Below are positions 10,050-20,258 of a stretch of 64,000 nt of DNA, in pieces. Position 1 is the first letter of the stretch, and each line of letters begins with the position of its first letter. The translations under genes and the position numbers were made by a program. The notes beneath the pieces were generated by a model. It was given only the letters and a program-made list of their open reading frames with translations. It was not told the DNA's origin and did not search any database. The DNA lies in contig DEKX01000037.1 in NCBI GenBank assembly GCA_002354095.1, positions 66,525 to 130,524 on the forward strand. The letters run 5' to 3'. The DNA comes from Prevotella sp. UBA2711. GTDB taxonomy: Bacteria > Bacteroidota > Bacteroidia > Bacteroidales > Bacteroidaceae.

Positions 10050-10100
10050 CTTGTTTTGTTAAAGGGGGTCCACCTCCGCGGAGGCTTCGCAAGTACCCCT
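10050..10100 (-). ncRNA. preQ1 class I riboswitch with a hairpin inserted in the loop
   Basis: Minus strand reads AGGGG-UACUUG-CGAAG-CCUCCGCGGAGG-UGGAC-CCCCU-UUAACAAAACAAG: P1 stem, loop-terminal C, A-rich tail. It lies upstream of yhhQ-queF, with a promoter box at 10118-10125. Confidence 0.85.
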
Positions 10101-10206
10101 ATTGCATTTTGCGGGTGCAAAGGTAGTACATTTTGAGTAAAAAACAAAAAGAAAATCGATAAACTATAAAAAACTTTTCGTATCTTTGCCACCAGTATTA
10201 AACAAA

Positions 10207-11049
10207 ATGAATATGAAAAAGATTTTTTTGATGGCACTGACGGCTATTGCCATGACAGCTCAGGCACAAACTTACATTGACCCCTATCAGCCCTTGATGG
10301 ACGGAATCGACAAACAGGCTGAAAGTATTCTGAACGAATATCGCGCACTGCAGCAGAAAGACCCTAAAGGGAAACTGCCCGAGAGTAAGGCTAAGGCCAA
10401 ATTGTTGTCGGACAGGCTGGACTCGCTGGGCGACGTGCAACTGGCGCTGATTAAGGAGATTATCCGCGACAACCGCGACAACGAACTGCCCGCAAAGTAT
10501 ATCAAGGATGCCATGTATCAGTTCTCGTACGAAGAACTGAAGAACGCACTTGACCCCAAGACGGCCTATTACAACCATCCCGACGTAGCTCCTGCCAAGA
10601 TGCTGCTGGCCGGATACGAAAAGCGTAAGCCCGGCATCCAGTTCCACGAACTGAGCATGAAGGATCCTGCCGACAAGGATGTAACTCTGAGCCAATGGGT
10701 TGGCAAAGGAAACTATGTATTGGTTGATTTCTGGGCTTCGTGGTGCGGCCCCTGTCGGAAGGAAATGCCTTATGTTATCACTGCTTATGAACAGTTCCAC
10801 CCAAAGGGTTTCGAAGTAGTAGGCGTATCATTCGACCAAAAGAAGGATGCGTGGATAAATGCCATCCAGCAGATGGGTATGCAATGGCCTCAGATGAGCG
10901 ACCTGAAGGGTTGGAAGTGTGCCGCCTCAGACCTTTACGGCGTGTCCAGCATTCCCTCCAACGTACTGGTTGACCCACAAGGCAAGATTGTCGCCATGGA
11001 TTTGCGTGGCGAGAAACTGCTCAATAAGCTTAAAGAGATTTACCAGTAG
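10207..11049 (+). CDS. TlpA/AhpC-TSA thiol-disulfide oxidoreductase, secreted
   Basis: Signal peptide and DFWASWCGPC; -7 box at 10181-10188. Confidence 0.9.
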   Translation: MNMKKIFLMALTAIAMTAQAQTYIDPYQPLMDGIDKQAESILNEYRALQQKDPKGKLPESKAKAKLLSDRLDSLGDVQLALIKEIIRDNRDNELPAKYIKDAMYQFSYEELKNALDPKTAYYNHPDVAPAKMLLAGYEKRKPGIQFHELSMKDPADKDVTLSQWVGKGNYVLVDFWASWCGPCRKEMPYVITAYEQFHPKGFEVVGVSFDQKKDAWINAIQQMGMQWPQMSDLKGWKCAASDLYGVSSIPSNVLVDPQGKIVAMDLRGEKLLNKLKEIYQ

Positions 11050-11053
11050 TAAG

Positions 11054-11983
11054 CTACACCTGGCTCAGCAGCCAGCATACATAGGCGATATAGACCACCG
11101 CCAGGAGTGCTCCCTCCCAGCGCTCTATCGTGTACTTTGTACGTGAGAAGAGCCATACCATGACAATGGAACCGAGCATCATCAAGAGGTCGATATGCGT
11201 GATGCCTTGTATCTGCATGGGACTGATGGTAGCTGTGAGACCTAAAATCATCAGGATATTAAAGACATTGGAGCCAATGACATTACCAATGGCAATGGCT
11301 GACTGTCCCTTGCGAGCTGCCACAACACTGGTGGCGAGTTCCGGAAGCGACGTGCCTCCTGCCACAATGGTCAGTCCGACGACAGCCTCGCTGAGTCCTA
11401 AAGCATAAGCTACGCGCGAAGCTGAATCCACGAAGATATTACTGCCTATCACCAAAAGAGCCAATCCCAGAACAACGAAGAAGACACTCAGCCAGGGATT
11501 CTGCATCTTAGTTTCGTCTGAAGGGGCTGCTTCACCTGTCTTGGCTTGCGACAGCGTGTAATACATGAAAGCCGCAAAGCCAGCCAAAAGGATGATGCCG
11601 TCGATGCGTCCAAGCTCAGCATCTATGGCTAACAGCGGTAACAGCACCGAAGCAACTACCGCGAAGGGGATATCCTTACGGACGGTATTACGGCTGATGC
11701 TCATGGGAGCTACCACGGCGGCACAGCCAACTATCAGCATGGCATTCATGGTATTGGAACCTACCACATTACCTATGGCCATATCGGGGGTTCCCTTCAA
11801 TGCCGACACAAGACTGACAAAGAGTTCGGGGGCAGAAGTACCGGCAGCTACTATCGTCAGTCCAATGATTATCTCCGACACGTTCATACGACGTGCCAAG
11901 GCAGAAGCTCCTTCTGTCAGGCGATCAGCTCCATAGAGCACCATCGCCACACCTGCTATAATCAGAACAACATCAAATATCAT
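11054..11983 (-). CDS. Calcium/sodium antiporter (CaCA, YrbG-like)
   Basis: Two alpha repeats, GTSAPEL and GTSLPEL, with GNVVGSN/GNVIGSN. Start uncertain (11983 or 11989). Confidence 0.9.
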   Translation of the reverse strand: MIFDVVLIIAGVAMVLYGADRLTEGASALARRMNVSEIIIGLTIVAAGTSAPELFVSLVSALKGTPDMAIGNVVGSNTMNAMLIVGCAAVVAPMSISRNTVRKDIPFAVVASVLLPLLAIDAELGRIDGIILLAGFAAFMYYTLSQAKTGEAAPSDETKMQNPWLSVFFVVLGLALLVIGSNIFVDSASRVAYALGLSEAVVGLTIVAGGTSLPELATSVVAARKGQSAIAIGNVIGSNVFNILMILGLTATISPMQIQGITHIDLLMMLGSIVMVWLFSRTKYTIERWEGALLAVVYIAYVCWLLSQV

Positions 11984-12392
11984 CGTCATCAAAATCAAAT
12001 TCGTCAAAACCTTCTAACGAAGGACCAATAAACTCGTCCAGCGCGCGACGCTCCTTTTTGGTAGGACGTCCCGTGCCACGGGCCCGGTCTATGAAACCAC
12101 TGATGCGGTTCATCTCCAGCAATTCATACTGGTCGGCAGGAGTTACATTCTCATAGATCTCCGGCAGCAATTTGGCGCCCACACGCTGTTCTATCGTTTT
12201 CAGTATCTTAAAGGAATAAGTGACGGGGGGCTTGCGTACACTGACCACCTCGCCCACCTTCACCATACGTGAGGGCTTCACATTCATGCCATTCATCGTT
12301 ACACGACCATTCTTAATGGCATCAACGGCTATACTGCGAGTTTTGAAAATGCGAGCAGCCCACAACCATTTGTCAACTCTTGCTTCCTCCAT
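11973..12392 (-). CDS. hslR: Ribosome-associated heat shock protein Hsp15 (S4 domain)
   Basis: [16 protein letters not shown] and GRPTKKERR. Confidence 0.92.
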   Translation of the reverse strand: MEEARVDKWLWAARIFKTRSIAVDAIKNGRVTMNGMNVKPSRMVKVGEVVSVRKPPVTYSFKILKTIEQRVGAKLLPEIYENVTPADQYELLEMNRISGFIDRARGTGRPTKKERRALDEFIGPSLEGFDEFDFDDDDI

Positions 12393-12963
12393 GATTCTTA
12401 CCTAATTTATTATATTGGTTCATCGTGACATCAATACCAGCCAAGACAAAACTCTTGATGATATCGACACCCAAGTCAATCGCAGGTTGCAGTTGCTTGA
12501 GTTCTTCATCGCTGTAGCGACCCAACACATAGTCAATCTGCATACCCTGAGGATAGTCGTTACCAATTCCCATCCGCAGACGGGCATAGTTCTGACCTAT
12601 CAGTTGTTGGATATGCCCCAAGCCGTTGTGACCGCCATTTGAGCCATTTGCCTTCAGCCGGAACTGCCCCAACGGAAGGGCAACATCATCACTGATAACC
12701 AGCAGGCGGCTCTGGTCAATATTCTCCTTATTCAGCCAATAGCGAACGGCATTACCACTCAGATTCATAAAAGTAGAGGGTTTGAGGAGAAACACCTTAC
12801 GCCCCTTCAGACTGGTTTCAGCCAAGAAGCCATAGCGTTTGTCTTCATAAACAATATTGGACGCCTTCGCAAAAGCGTCCAATACCATAAATCCAGTATT
12901 GTGTCGGGTCATGTCGTACTCATCGCCCACATTGCCCAAACCAACAATCAGATACTTGTCCAT
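12373..12963 (-). CDS. pth: Peptidyl-tRNA hydrolase
   Basis: [30 protein letters not shown]. Confidence 0.97.
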   Translation of the reverse strand: MDKYLIVGLGNVGDEYDMTRHNTGFMVLDAFAKASNIVYEDKRYGFLAETSLKGRKVFLLKPSTFMNLSGNAVRYWLNKENIDQSRLLVISDDVALPLGQFRLKANGSNGGHNGLGHIQQLIGQNYARLRMGIGNDYPQGMQIDYVLGRYSDEELKQLQPAIDLGVDIIKSFVLAGIDVTMNQYNKLGKNHGGSKS

Positions 12964-12966
12964 GTC

Positions 12967-13001
12967 AGTGCTGTTAGCTAATAGCCGTTAGCCGTTGACA
13001 A
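12967..13001. repeat. Heptamer tandem repeats (RGCYAAC family) in the rplY-pth spacer
   Basis: Minus strand tgtcaac ggctaac ggctatt agctaac agcactg. Confidence 0.55.
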
Positions 13002-13604
13002 TTACTGAGCGCTCTCCTCGGTGGCAGCTGCTGAACGAGATGCACGAGTAGCCTTCACTGAGCATACGATAACCTCCTTCGGAGTGGCAATCTCAAGACC
13101 TTCAAACTGCAGTGAGCCAACCTTGATGCTCTTGCCAAGTTCCAGTGAAGTAACGTCGATGTCCAACTTCTCAGGAATGTTCTTATAAGGAGCAGTAACG
13201 TTGATCTTACGGATAGAGAGGTTCAGACGACCACCATCACGTACACCCTGAGCGTGACCAGTCAGGTTCACAGGAATACCTACGGTGATAGCCTTAGTCT
13301 CGTTGATTTCATAGAAGTCAGCGTGAATCAGCGCATCACTTGTGGGATGGAACTGAAGCTCCTTGATGATAGCCTTGTGCTCCTGGCCGTCGATAGTCAG
13401 GTTGACTACATAGACATGAGGAGTATAGACTGCTTTACGCAACTCAGCCATTGGAGCAACGAAAGCCATTGCCTCGGGCAATCCTTTCTCGTCTCTCTTC
13501 TCACCATACAGATTACAGGGAACCAAGCCCTCCTTACGAAGCATCTTAGAGGCCTTCTTGCCTGTCTCGGTGCGCTTCTGACCGCTTACACTAATCTCTT
13601 TCAT
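13002..13604 (-). CDS. rplY: 50S ribosomal protein L25/Ctc
   Basis: LRKEGLVPCNLYG, KELQFHP, IHADF; -7 box at 13677-13684. Confidence 0.96.
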   Translation of the reverse strand: MKEISVSGQKRTETGKKASKMLRKEGLVPCNLYGEKRDEKGLPEAMAFVAPMAELRKAVYTPHVYVVNLTIDGQEHKAIIKELQFHPTSDALIHADFYEINETKAITVGIPVNLTGHAQGVRDGGRLNLSIRKINVTAPYKNIPEKLDIDVTSLELGKSIKVGSLQFEGLEIATPKEVIVCSVKATRASRSAAATEESAQ

Positions 13605-13823
13605 AATAATGTGTTACTCTAAATTAAGTTATACATTTTTGCTTAATTCACCATCACACGATGCGAAAAGCGGGTGCAAAGGTACAAATAAGTAAGCAAA
13701 AAACCAAAGGAAAATCCATTTTTAATTGAAAATATCATAAAATCCCGTCTTTTTCTTGCATAATCGAGGAAATCTTAGTACTTTTGCAAATGATAAGAGT
13801 ATCGAATAAGCTATTAGAAGTAT

Positions 13824-14771
13824 ATGATTAATCGCGAACTAATTAGAATTAAGGTAGTCCAGTTAACCTATGCGTACTATCAAAACGGGAACAAGAATAT
13901 CGAAACGGCTGAAAAGGAACTGATGTTCAGCCTTTCAAAAGCGTATGACTTATATAATTACCTGCTCTCGCTCATTGTAGGGATAACTCGTGAATCTCGT
14001 CGTTTCCTGGAAGTGGCTCAATCGAAGGCTAAACGTGAAGGCACAGAAATGCCTTCACAGAAATTTGCCTATAACCGGTTTGCCATACAGCTGGAAGAAA
14101 ACAAAATGCTCAACGACTTTCTGGAGACCAAGAAACTGAACTGGGATGACGAGCCTGAGTTCTTGAAAAAGATGTATACTCAGATCGTGGACAGTCAGAT
14201 TTACAAAGACTACATGAACTCCACTGAAGACGATTATGCCGCAGACAGAGAGTTGTGGCGCAAACTGTATCGTACGCTGATACAGGACAATGCCGATCTG
14301 GATGCACTACTGGAGGAAAAGAGTCTTTACTGGAATGACGACAAAGAAGTGGTAGATACCTTTGTCCTGAAAACCATCAAACGGTTTGAGGAGAAAAACC
14401 AGTCGAAGCAGGAATTGTTGCCCGAATACGACAACGAGGAAGATAAGGAATATGCCCGCAAATTGTTCCGCTCTACCATTATGAATGCAGACGAATACCA
14501 GCACCACATGAGTGAAGCATCACGCAACTGGGATTTCTCACGTCTGGCATATATGGACATTGTCATCATGCAGATTGCCATTGCCGAGATGATGACATTC
14601 CCAAGCATTCCCATCAGTGTCTCCATTAACGAGTATGTAGAGATTGCCAAATTATACTCTACTCCACGCAGTGGCAGTTACATCAATGGTATGCTCGACA
14701 CTATTGCCCGCCATCTGGTTCAGTCGGGCAAACTACTGAAAACGATAGAACCGAAATCGCAACACGAATAA
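13824..14771 (+). CDS. nusB: Transcription antitermination factor NusB
   Basis: MINRELIRIKVVQ start; SINEYVEIAKLYS..S..YINGMLD. Confidence 0.93.
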   Translation: MINRELIRIKVVQLTYAYYQNGNKNIETAEKELMFSLSKAYDLYNYLLSLIVGITRESRRFLEVAQSKAKREGTEMPSQKFAYNRFAIQLEENKMLNDFLETKKLNWDDEPEFLKKMYTQIVDSQIYKDYMNSTEDDYAADRELWRKLYRTLIQDNADLDALLEEKSLYWNDDKEVVDTFVLKTIKRFEEKNQSKQELLPEYDNEEDKEYARKLFRSTIMNADEYQHHMSEASRNWDFSRLAYMDIVIMQIAIAEMMTFPSIPISVSINEYVEIAKLYSTPRSGSYINGMLDTIARHLVQSGKLLKTIEPKSQHE

Positions 14772-14790
14772 ATTATAACATTAAATAATT

Positions 14791-15114
14791 ATGACTCAAG
14801 TTTTTCTCGCTGCACAAGCCGCACAAAACGGTGGCAGCATGACCAGTTTTATCATTATGATGGTAGCTATCTTTGCCATCATGTACTTCTTTATGATTAA
14901 GCCCCAGCAGAAGCGCCAGAAGGAGATTCAGAATTTCCAAAACACACTGGCTGAAGGTACTTCTGTGATTACTGGTGGCGGTATCTATGGTACTGTTAAG
15001 AAGATTGACCTTGCCAACAATATCGTTGAGGTGAAGATTGCCGACGGAGTTGTAATACGTGTGGACAAGGGGTCTGTTTTCAAAGACACTGCCAGCACAC
15101 CTATACAGAAATAA
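14791..15114 (+). CDS. yajC: Preprotein translocase subunit YajC
   Basis: YFFMIKPQQKRQK and VITGGGIYG. Confidence 0.95.
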   Translation: MTQVFLAAQAAQNGGSMTSFIIMMVAIFAIMYFFMIKPQQKRQKEIQNFQNTLAEGTSVITGGGIYGTVKKIDLANNIVEVKIADGVVIRVDKGSVFKDTASTPIQK

Positions 15115-15132
15115 ACAACAGAACGTCTGGAA

Positions 15133-16110
15133 GTGACGACCCGATTCTTCTCTCTGTATTTTAGGCGCCTCTTGCTCAATGGAATGAGCAAGCAGGTTTT
15201 TATATTCCTGTTCTTCCTCGTCTTATCGGGCATTTTCTGGCTTATCATGACCCTCAATGAGACATACGAACGGGATATTAAAGTAACTATGCAGATAAAG
15301 GGTATTCCAAAGAACGTGGTACTCACTTCTAAGGAGACTGACACGCTACGTGTCACAGTGCGCGACAAGGGGTGGGTACTCTTCAGGTATCTTTATGAGA
15401 ACCCTCGCAACATTAACATTTCCTACAAGAACTACGACCGAGGGAATGGCTTTGGCAGTGTTTCCACATCTGATCTCAAGCGATTGGTGATGCAACAGAT
15501 GGAGTTATCAACCTACATTTCCACTGTCAAACCCGACAGGATAGAGTTTTTCTATAATAATGGTGAGCGCAAGCGTGTTCCCGTCAAATGGGCGGGCCGT
15601 GTTACTCCCGAACAGTTATACTTCATCTCGCATGTGCAGTATTGGCCAGACAGCGTTGATGTTTATACTTCTAATGAGAAACTCGACAGCATTGATGTCA
15701 TATACACCGAGCCGTTGAACTATTCCGGATTCCGTGACACACTGATAATCAGTAGTAAATTGTCGCACCCCAAGGATGTCAAAGTGGTGCCCAGTCAGGT
15801 TCGCATTGGATTCTTTACCGACCTATTGACAGAAGAAAGCATTGACGGTGTGCCCATCAAGGCCATCAACATGCCTGCCGGTAAAGTGCTGCGCACATTC
15901 CCTGCAAAAGTGAGAGTCCGCTTTGTGACAGGTGTCAGTCAATTCCGCACATTGCGCCCCGAGGACTTCACTGTCATTGCTGATTATGAGGAGATTTCCA
16001 AGAGCTCTTCCGAGAAATGCAATATTTACTTAAAGTCATCGCCACAGGGTATCAACCGTCCTACTTTAGATATCAATAAGGTAGATTATCTGATAGAAGA
16101 AGATCAATGA
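15133..16110 (+). CDS. YbbR/CdaR-like protein
   Basis: N-terminal TM (FLFFLVLSGIFW) followed by beta domains; usual position between yajC and coaE in Bacteroidales. Confidence 0.75.
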   Translation: MTTRFFSLYFRRLLLNGMSKQVFIFLFFLVLSGIFWLIMTLNETYERDIKVTMQIKGIPKNVVLTSKETDTLRVTVRDKGWVLFRYLYENPRNINISYKNYDRGNGFGSVSTSDLKRLVMQQMELSTYISTVKPDRIEFFYNNGERKRVPVKWAGRVTPEQLYFISHVQYWPDSVDVYTSNEKLDSIDVIYTEPLNYSGFRDTLIISSKLSHPKDVKVVPSQVRIGFFTDLLTEESIDGVPIKAINMPAGKVLRTFPAKVRVRFVTGVSQFRTLRPEDFTVIADYEEISKSSSEKCNIYLKSSPQGINRPTLDINKVDYLIEEDQ

Positions 16111-16664
16111 AAATAGGAATAACGGGAGGTATCGGGTCTGGCAAAAGCTACATTTGCCTACAACTGAAGGAACGTGGCTTTCAGGTATATGATTGTGACG
16201 CTGCAGCCAAACGGCTCATCCGCACCTCACCTGAAATCAAAAGAAAACTGACAGACCTTGTTGGTACTGATGCCTATATTGATGGAAAACTGAATAAAGC
16301 TGCTATCGCCCAATTTCTGCTGAGGAGTGAGGCAAACGCCAAGGCTATTGACAACATTGTACATCCTGCCGTCTTTCAAGACTTCGAAGAAAGTGGCATG
16401 CAGTGGATGGAAAGTGCCATCATGTATGAGTCTGGAATTTATCGCCTGATTGACAAGGTGATAGTAGTTACTGCTCCTCAGGAAGTGCGTATCCAGCGAG
16501 TGATGCAGCGCGACCACATCTCACGTAACGAGGTACTGCAGTGGATGCAGCGCCAATGGCCCCAAGAGGAAATCGTCAAAAGGGCTGATTATGAAATCAT
16601 CAATGACGGCATAGCCGATATCAATACGCAGATAGACAATATAATTAATAAAGAAAAGTTATGA
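16107..16664 (+). CDS. coaE: Dephospho-CoA kinase
   Basis: IGITGGIGSGKS and IVHPAV. Confidence 0.95.
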   Translation: MKIGITGGIGSGKSYICLQLKERGFQVYDCDAAAKRLIRTSPEIKRKLTDLVGTDAYIDGKLNKAAIAQFLLRSEANAKAIDNIVHPAVFQDFEESGMQWMESAIMYESGIYRLIDKVIVVTAPQEVRIQRVMQRDHISRNEVLQWMQRQWPQEEIVKRADYEIINDGIADINTQIDNIINKEKL

Positions 16665-17104
16665 AACAAACCATTTTAGCAATCTCCGGTAAACCCGGAC
16701 TTTACAAACTCGTTTCACGTGGCAAGAACAGTTTGATTGTCGAGGCACTCGATGGTACTGGGAAACGCATACCAGCTTTCGGTACTGACCGAATTACTTC
16801 TTTGGCCGACATCGCTATGTTTACTGAAACAGAAGATGTTCCCCTCATGAAAATCCTTGCATCTCTGCGCGACTTGGAGAAAGGAAAGGCGTCAAGCCTC
16901 AATTACAAAAAGGCGAGCCCCGACGAACTCCATGAATACTTCACAAAGGTGCTGCCCGAATGGGATAGAGACCGCGTTCATAACAGCGACATCAAGAAAC
17001 TCCTTCAGTGGTACGACATCCTCGTCCAAGCTGGCATTACTGATTTCGAAGAGGAAATGGCTCCAACTGAGGGCGACAACATTGACGACCGCAAGGAAGA
17101 ATAA
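16661..17104 (+). CDS. Conserved Bacteroidota protein (DUF5606-like)
   Basis: ILAISGKPGLYKL, DRVHNSDIKKLLQWY. Confidence 0.75.
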   Translation: MKQTILAISGKPGLYKLVSRGKNSLIVEALDGTGKRIPAFGTDRITSLADIAMFTETEDVPLMKILASLRDLEKGKASSLNYKKASPDELHEYFTKVLPEWDRDRVHNSDIKKLLQWYDILVQAGITDFEEEMAPTEGDNIDDRKEE

Positions 17105-17121
17105 CCTGTATCTTACGCTAC

Positions 17122-17158
17122 AATGAAGGCACTCCAAAGTAGAGTGCCTTCATTTTTT
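17122..17158. terminator. Bidirectional intrinsic terminator
   Basis: Perfect 13-bp stem AATGAAGGCACTC/GAGTGCCTTCATT between convergent genes, with a T tail on +. Confidence 0.85.
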
Positions 17159-17162
17159 ATGA

Positions 17163-20114
17163 TCAGAATCGTGGACCGCCAAAACCTCCTCTTGGACCTC
17201 GACCGCCAGGACCGCCAAAGCCACCTCCGCGCCGACCGCCAGGACCGCCAAGTCCTCCCTGAGGACCACGATTATTGCCGCCTCCAAAGATATTAAGTCG
17301 ATAGATGACATGCAACATGGCATAGTTGGTAATGGCATTATACTCAGTATCACTGCGGCGCATCGCATCAACTGTTCGACTGAAAGTGGACTGCTGATGC
17401 AGGATATCATAAAGTTGGAGCGACAATGTCAGGGCATTACCCTTTAAGAATGACTGTGAGAGCTGTGCATTCCAAATGAGTTCGTTAGTGTTCATCGAAG
17501 CATCGTTATAACCACGACGACTGTTCATATTCATACTCGTGGAGAGTTGTGTTCCCCAGGGTGCTGTCAATTGCAGGCTACCTCCATAAGAGAATGTCCA
17601 CGTATCCAGATTATTGTTGCTTTGCAACTCACTGCGAGCATGCATGTATTCCAAAGACCCGTTGAGTTCCAACTCCATCCAATTATTACGATAGCTGGCT
17701 GCCAGACGCTCGCCAAAAGTAGTCGACTTAGTGGTCGATTTCTGCGAATCGGCATTGCGATTGATACTGACATAACCCACACTATTATTGTAACGCAGAG
17801 TAGTAAAGGTATTGACATTAAAGAAACCTGCAGAATCAATTGCTGTATTGAACATAAACATGCCAAAAGCATTCCAATTGCCATTGATATTCTCCGGACG
17901 AGTTGTACGTCCACCCGAAGCCTCATCGTAGGTCACCATATTAGATATGGAATTACGCGTTGTGGAGAAATTCAGATTGGCCATGATACTACGCTGATGG
18001 TTCTGTATGTAATTATTGTAGAACAAGCGGAAATTCTGGGTAAACGAAGGTTTTAGTCCCGGATTACCTTTACGGACATTCAGAGGGTCGCTATCGTCAG
18101 TAATATCAAGCAGATCGCTCATCGAAGGCTGACTGCTATTAGCTCGGTAGTTGAAGCGCAGCTGACTGACTTTGGATATCTTCCAACGGAAATCAGCTGT
18201 AGGCGCAACATTCGTCACAGTGCGCACTGTATCGGTGTGAACGCCCTGATAATCTTGCGTGAAATGCGAACGCTGAGGCATCACCTGAAAACCGATATTC
18301 AGGTTGTAGGCTTTACGAACTACGCGTAACATCATCTCAGCAGTATGATTGTAGTTGCGGTACTCTGAGAAACGACTCAATTTATCGTCTCTGAAATTTT
18401 CTAAAGGATTTCCTCCCAATAATGCAAGATAGTCATCCCATCCCCGATACAAGGGCTTTACACCAAAGAAGTCTGCCGGGAACGTGCTAAAATCATAAGT
18501 AGCACGGTCGCTCTTGGTATAACTATACTGATACTGATAACTGAACTGCAAATAAACCTGACGGAAGATGGGTTCGCTATAGGTTGCACGAAGACCATAA
18601 TTCCAGTTTTTTGTAGGAGTAACGGCATAACGGTTAGCCTGATAGACAGAATCCTTACCGTCCTTCGTGACGAGTTGCAGATATTCCACCAAACTATTTG
18701 TAAAAGACTTGCTCATGCCCTCCCCCACATTTCCTGTGAAACGCAGAGTAATATTCCTTCCGTTCCTGCTAAGACGGCGATTAAACTGCAGCCACCCGCC
18801 AGCACTTTTAGAATCGCTGTAGGAGATGGAGTTGTTTATATTACGATTCTTCACGATACCATGATCAATCAGAATTTTCATAGCTTCATCGTCCATTGGA
18901 TTCCTTACATACTTATACGGATCTTCATCAAAAGTCATAGACATTCCTTCTCCCAACCCATCACTCGAGTTATAACGGAATTGCGGGCGCATCATAATAT
19001 TCGTCATGGAGTCTGGCATCCATTCCAGACGGAAACGAGCATCCCAACTGTTGCCACGTGACAGATTGCTGTTCACACTATTACTGAAAGTAGAGGTCGT
19101 CCCACTCATAAAGTCTTCGGTTGAACGACGGATAACCGCATCACCATCACTATGATTCCAACGAATACTGGCGTCAAACTTAAAACGGTCTTTCTTCTCA
19201 TAATTCAGATTGAAACCTGCCATCTTGGTAGCCGTCAATTCCTGTCTGCCACCACCGAAGCGGCCACCTCCTCCGCCTGGGAATCCCATATCATTAACGT
19301 TGTTGGCACTCAAGGGGATGAATATTTTCAAGTCAGAACTCTGCATACCAGCAAAAATGCGTCCGCTATAGCGTTTCTTTGTGCCAGCAGCCAAGTCGGC
19401 ATTTAGCATAAAACCACGGTTCATACCACGTTTGATACCAAAATCAAGGACGGTCTCTTCTTCTCCATCATCAATACCACTCACACGGGCCAAGTCGCTC
19501 TTCTGGTCGTAGGCCTTTACTCGTTCTACAATAGAAGTAGGGAGGTTCTTCATGGCTGTCTTGGTATCACCTGTCATGAATTCCTTCCCATCTATGAGAA
19601 TTTTCTTCACCTCCTTACCATTAATAGTAATCTTTCCATCATCATCCACCTGGGCGCCTGGCAATTTCCTTACCAATTCCTCTATCACAGAGCCTTCTGG
19701 CGTACGATATGCAGAGGCGTTATATACAAAAGTATCTTCCTTTAGTGTCACTTTTGCAGCCTGTCCTGTGACAGTGGCCCCTTTTAACATAATAGCATCT
19801 GGATCAAGATTAATTGTGCCCAGTGCAATATCCTTATCGGCAGTCACCTTTACATTTTTTGTATAGGGCTTAAAACCTACGCAGGTTATCTGAACAATAA
19901 AGTTTCCTGCCGATGGGGCCTTTACACGAAACAGTCCGTCAAGATTGGTGAGCGACCCTGTCACCAGAGTACTGTCTGTCTTCAACAGACGTACAGTGGT
20001 CTGAGCAACTGGTTCCTGAGAGTCACTTTCCAGTACTTTACCTGTAATATTTCTTTGAGCCATTGCCTGTATTACAGATACAGACATGAGTATAAGCAAT
20101 AACAGTTTCTTCAT
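17163..20114 (-). CDS. Outer-membrane beta-barrel protein, TonB-receptor-like (carboxypeptidase-regulatory N-domain)
   Basis: Signal peptide, ITGKV..LLKTDSTLVTG, plug-like EELVRKLPG, aromatic-ended strands, Gly/Arg-rich tail. Confidence 0.85.
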   Translation of the reverse strand: MKKLLLLILMSVSVIQAMAQRNITGKVLESDSQEPVAQTTVRLLKTDSTLVTGSLTNLDGLFRVKAPSAGNFIVQITCVGFKPYTKNVKVTADKDIALGTINLDPDAIMLKGATVTGQAAKVTLKEDTFVYNASAYRTPEGSVIEELVRKLPGAQVDDDGKITINGKEVKKILIDGKEFMTGDTKTAMKNLPTSIVERVKAYDQKSDLARVSGIDDGEEETVLDFGIKRGMNRGFMLNADLAAGTKKRYSGRIFAGMQSSDLKIFIPLSANNVNDMGFPGGGGGRFGGGRQELTATKMAGFNLNYEKKDRFKFDASIRWNHSDGDAVIRRSTEDFMSGTTSTFSNSVNSNLSRGNSWDARFRLEWMPDSMTNIMMRPQFRYNSSDGLGEGMSMTFDEDPYKYVRNPMDDEAMKILIDHGIVKNRNINNSISYSDSKSAGGWLQFNRRLSRNGRNITLRFTGNVGEGMSKSFTNSLVEYLQLVTKDGKDSVYQANRYAVTPTKNWNYGLRATYSEPIFRQVYLQFSYQYQYSYTKSDRATYDFSTFPADFFGVKPLYRGWDDYLALLGGNPLENFRDDKLSRFSEYRNYNHTAEMMLRVVRKAYNLNIGFQVMPQRSHFTQDYQGVHTDTVRTVTNVAPTADFRWKISKVSQLRFNYRANSSQPSMSDLLDITDDSDPLNVRKGNPGLKPSFTQNFRLFYNNYIQNHQRSIMANLNFSTTRNSISNMVTYDEASGGRTTRPENINGNWNAFGMFMFNTAIDSAGFFNVNTFTTLRYNNSVGYVSINRNADSQKSTTKSTTFGERLAASYRNNWMELELNGSLEYMHARSELQSNNNLDTWTFSYGGSLQLTAPWGTQLSTSMNMNSRRGYNDASMNTNELIWNAQLSQSFLKGNALTLSLQLYDILHQQSTFSRTVDAMRRSDTEYNAITNYAMLHVIYRLNIFGGGNNRGPQGGLGGPGGRRGGGFGGPGGRGPRGGFGGPRF

Positions 20115-20258
20115 CGTTATAGTCGATCTTAATTGATTTTTGGACGCTCTTATTCTGCAAAAGTTTAAATATCAATATCAAAAAATACACCTTGTATAAT
20201 AATATTTTAACGAAACATAGGAGAAATTAGAAAAAATATATTAATTTTGCACCCCGAT

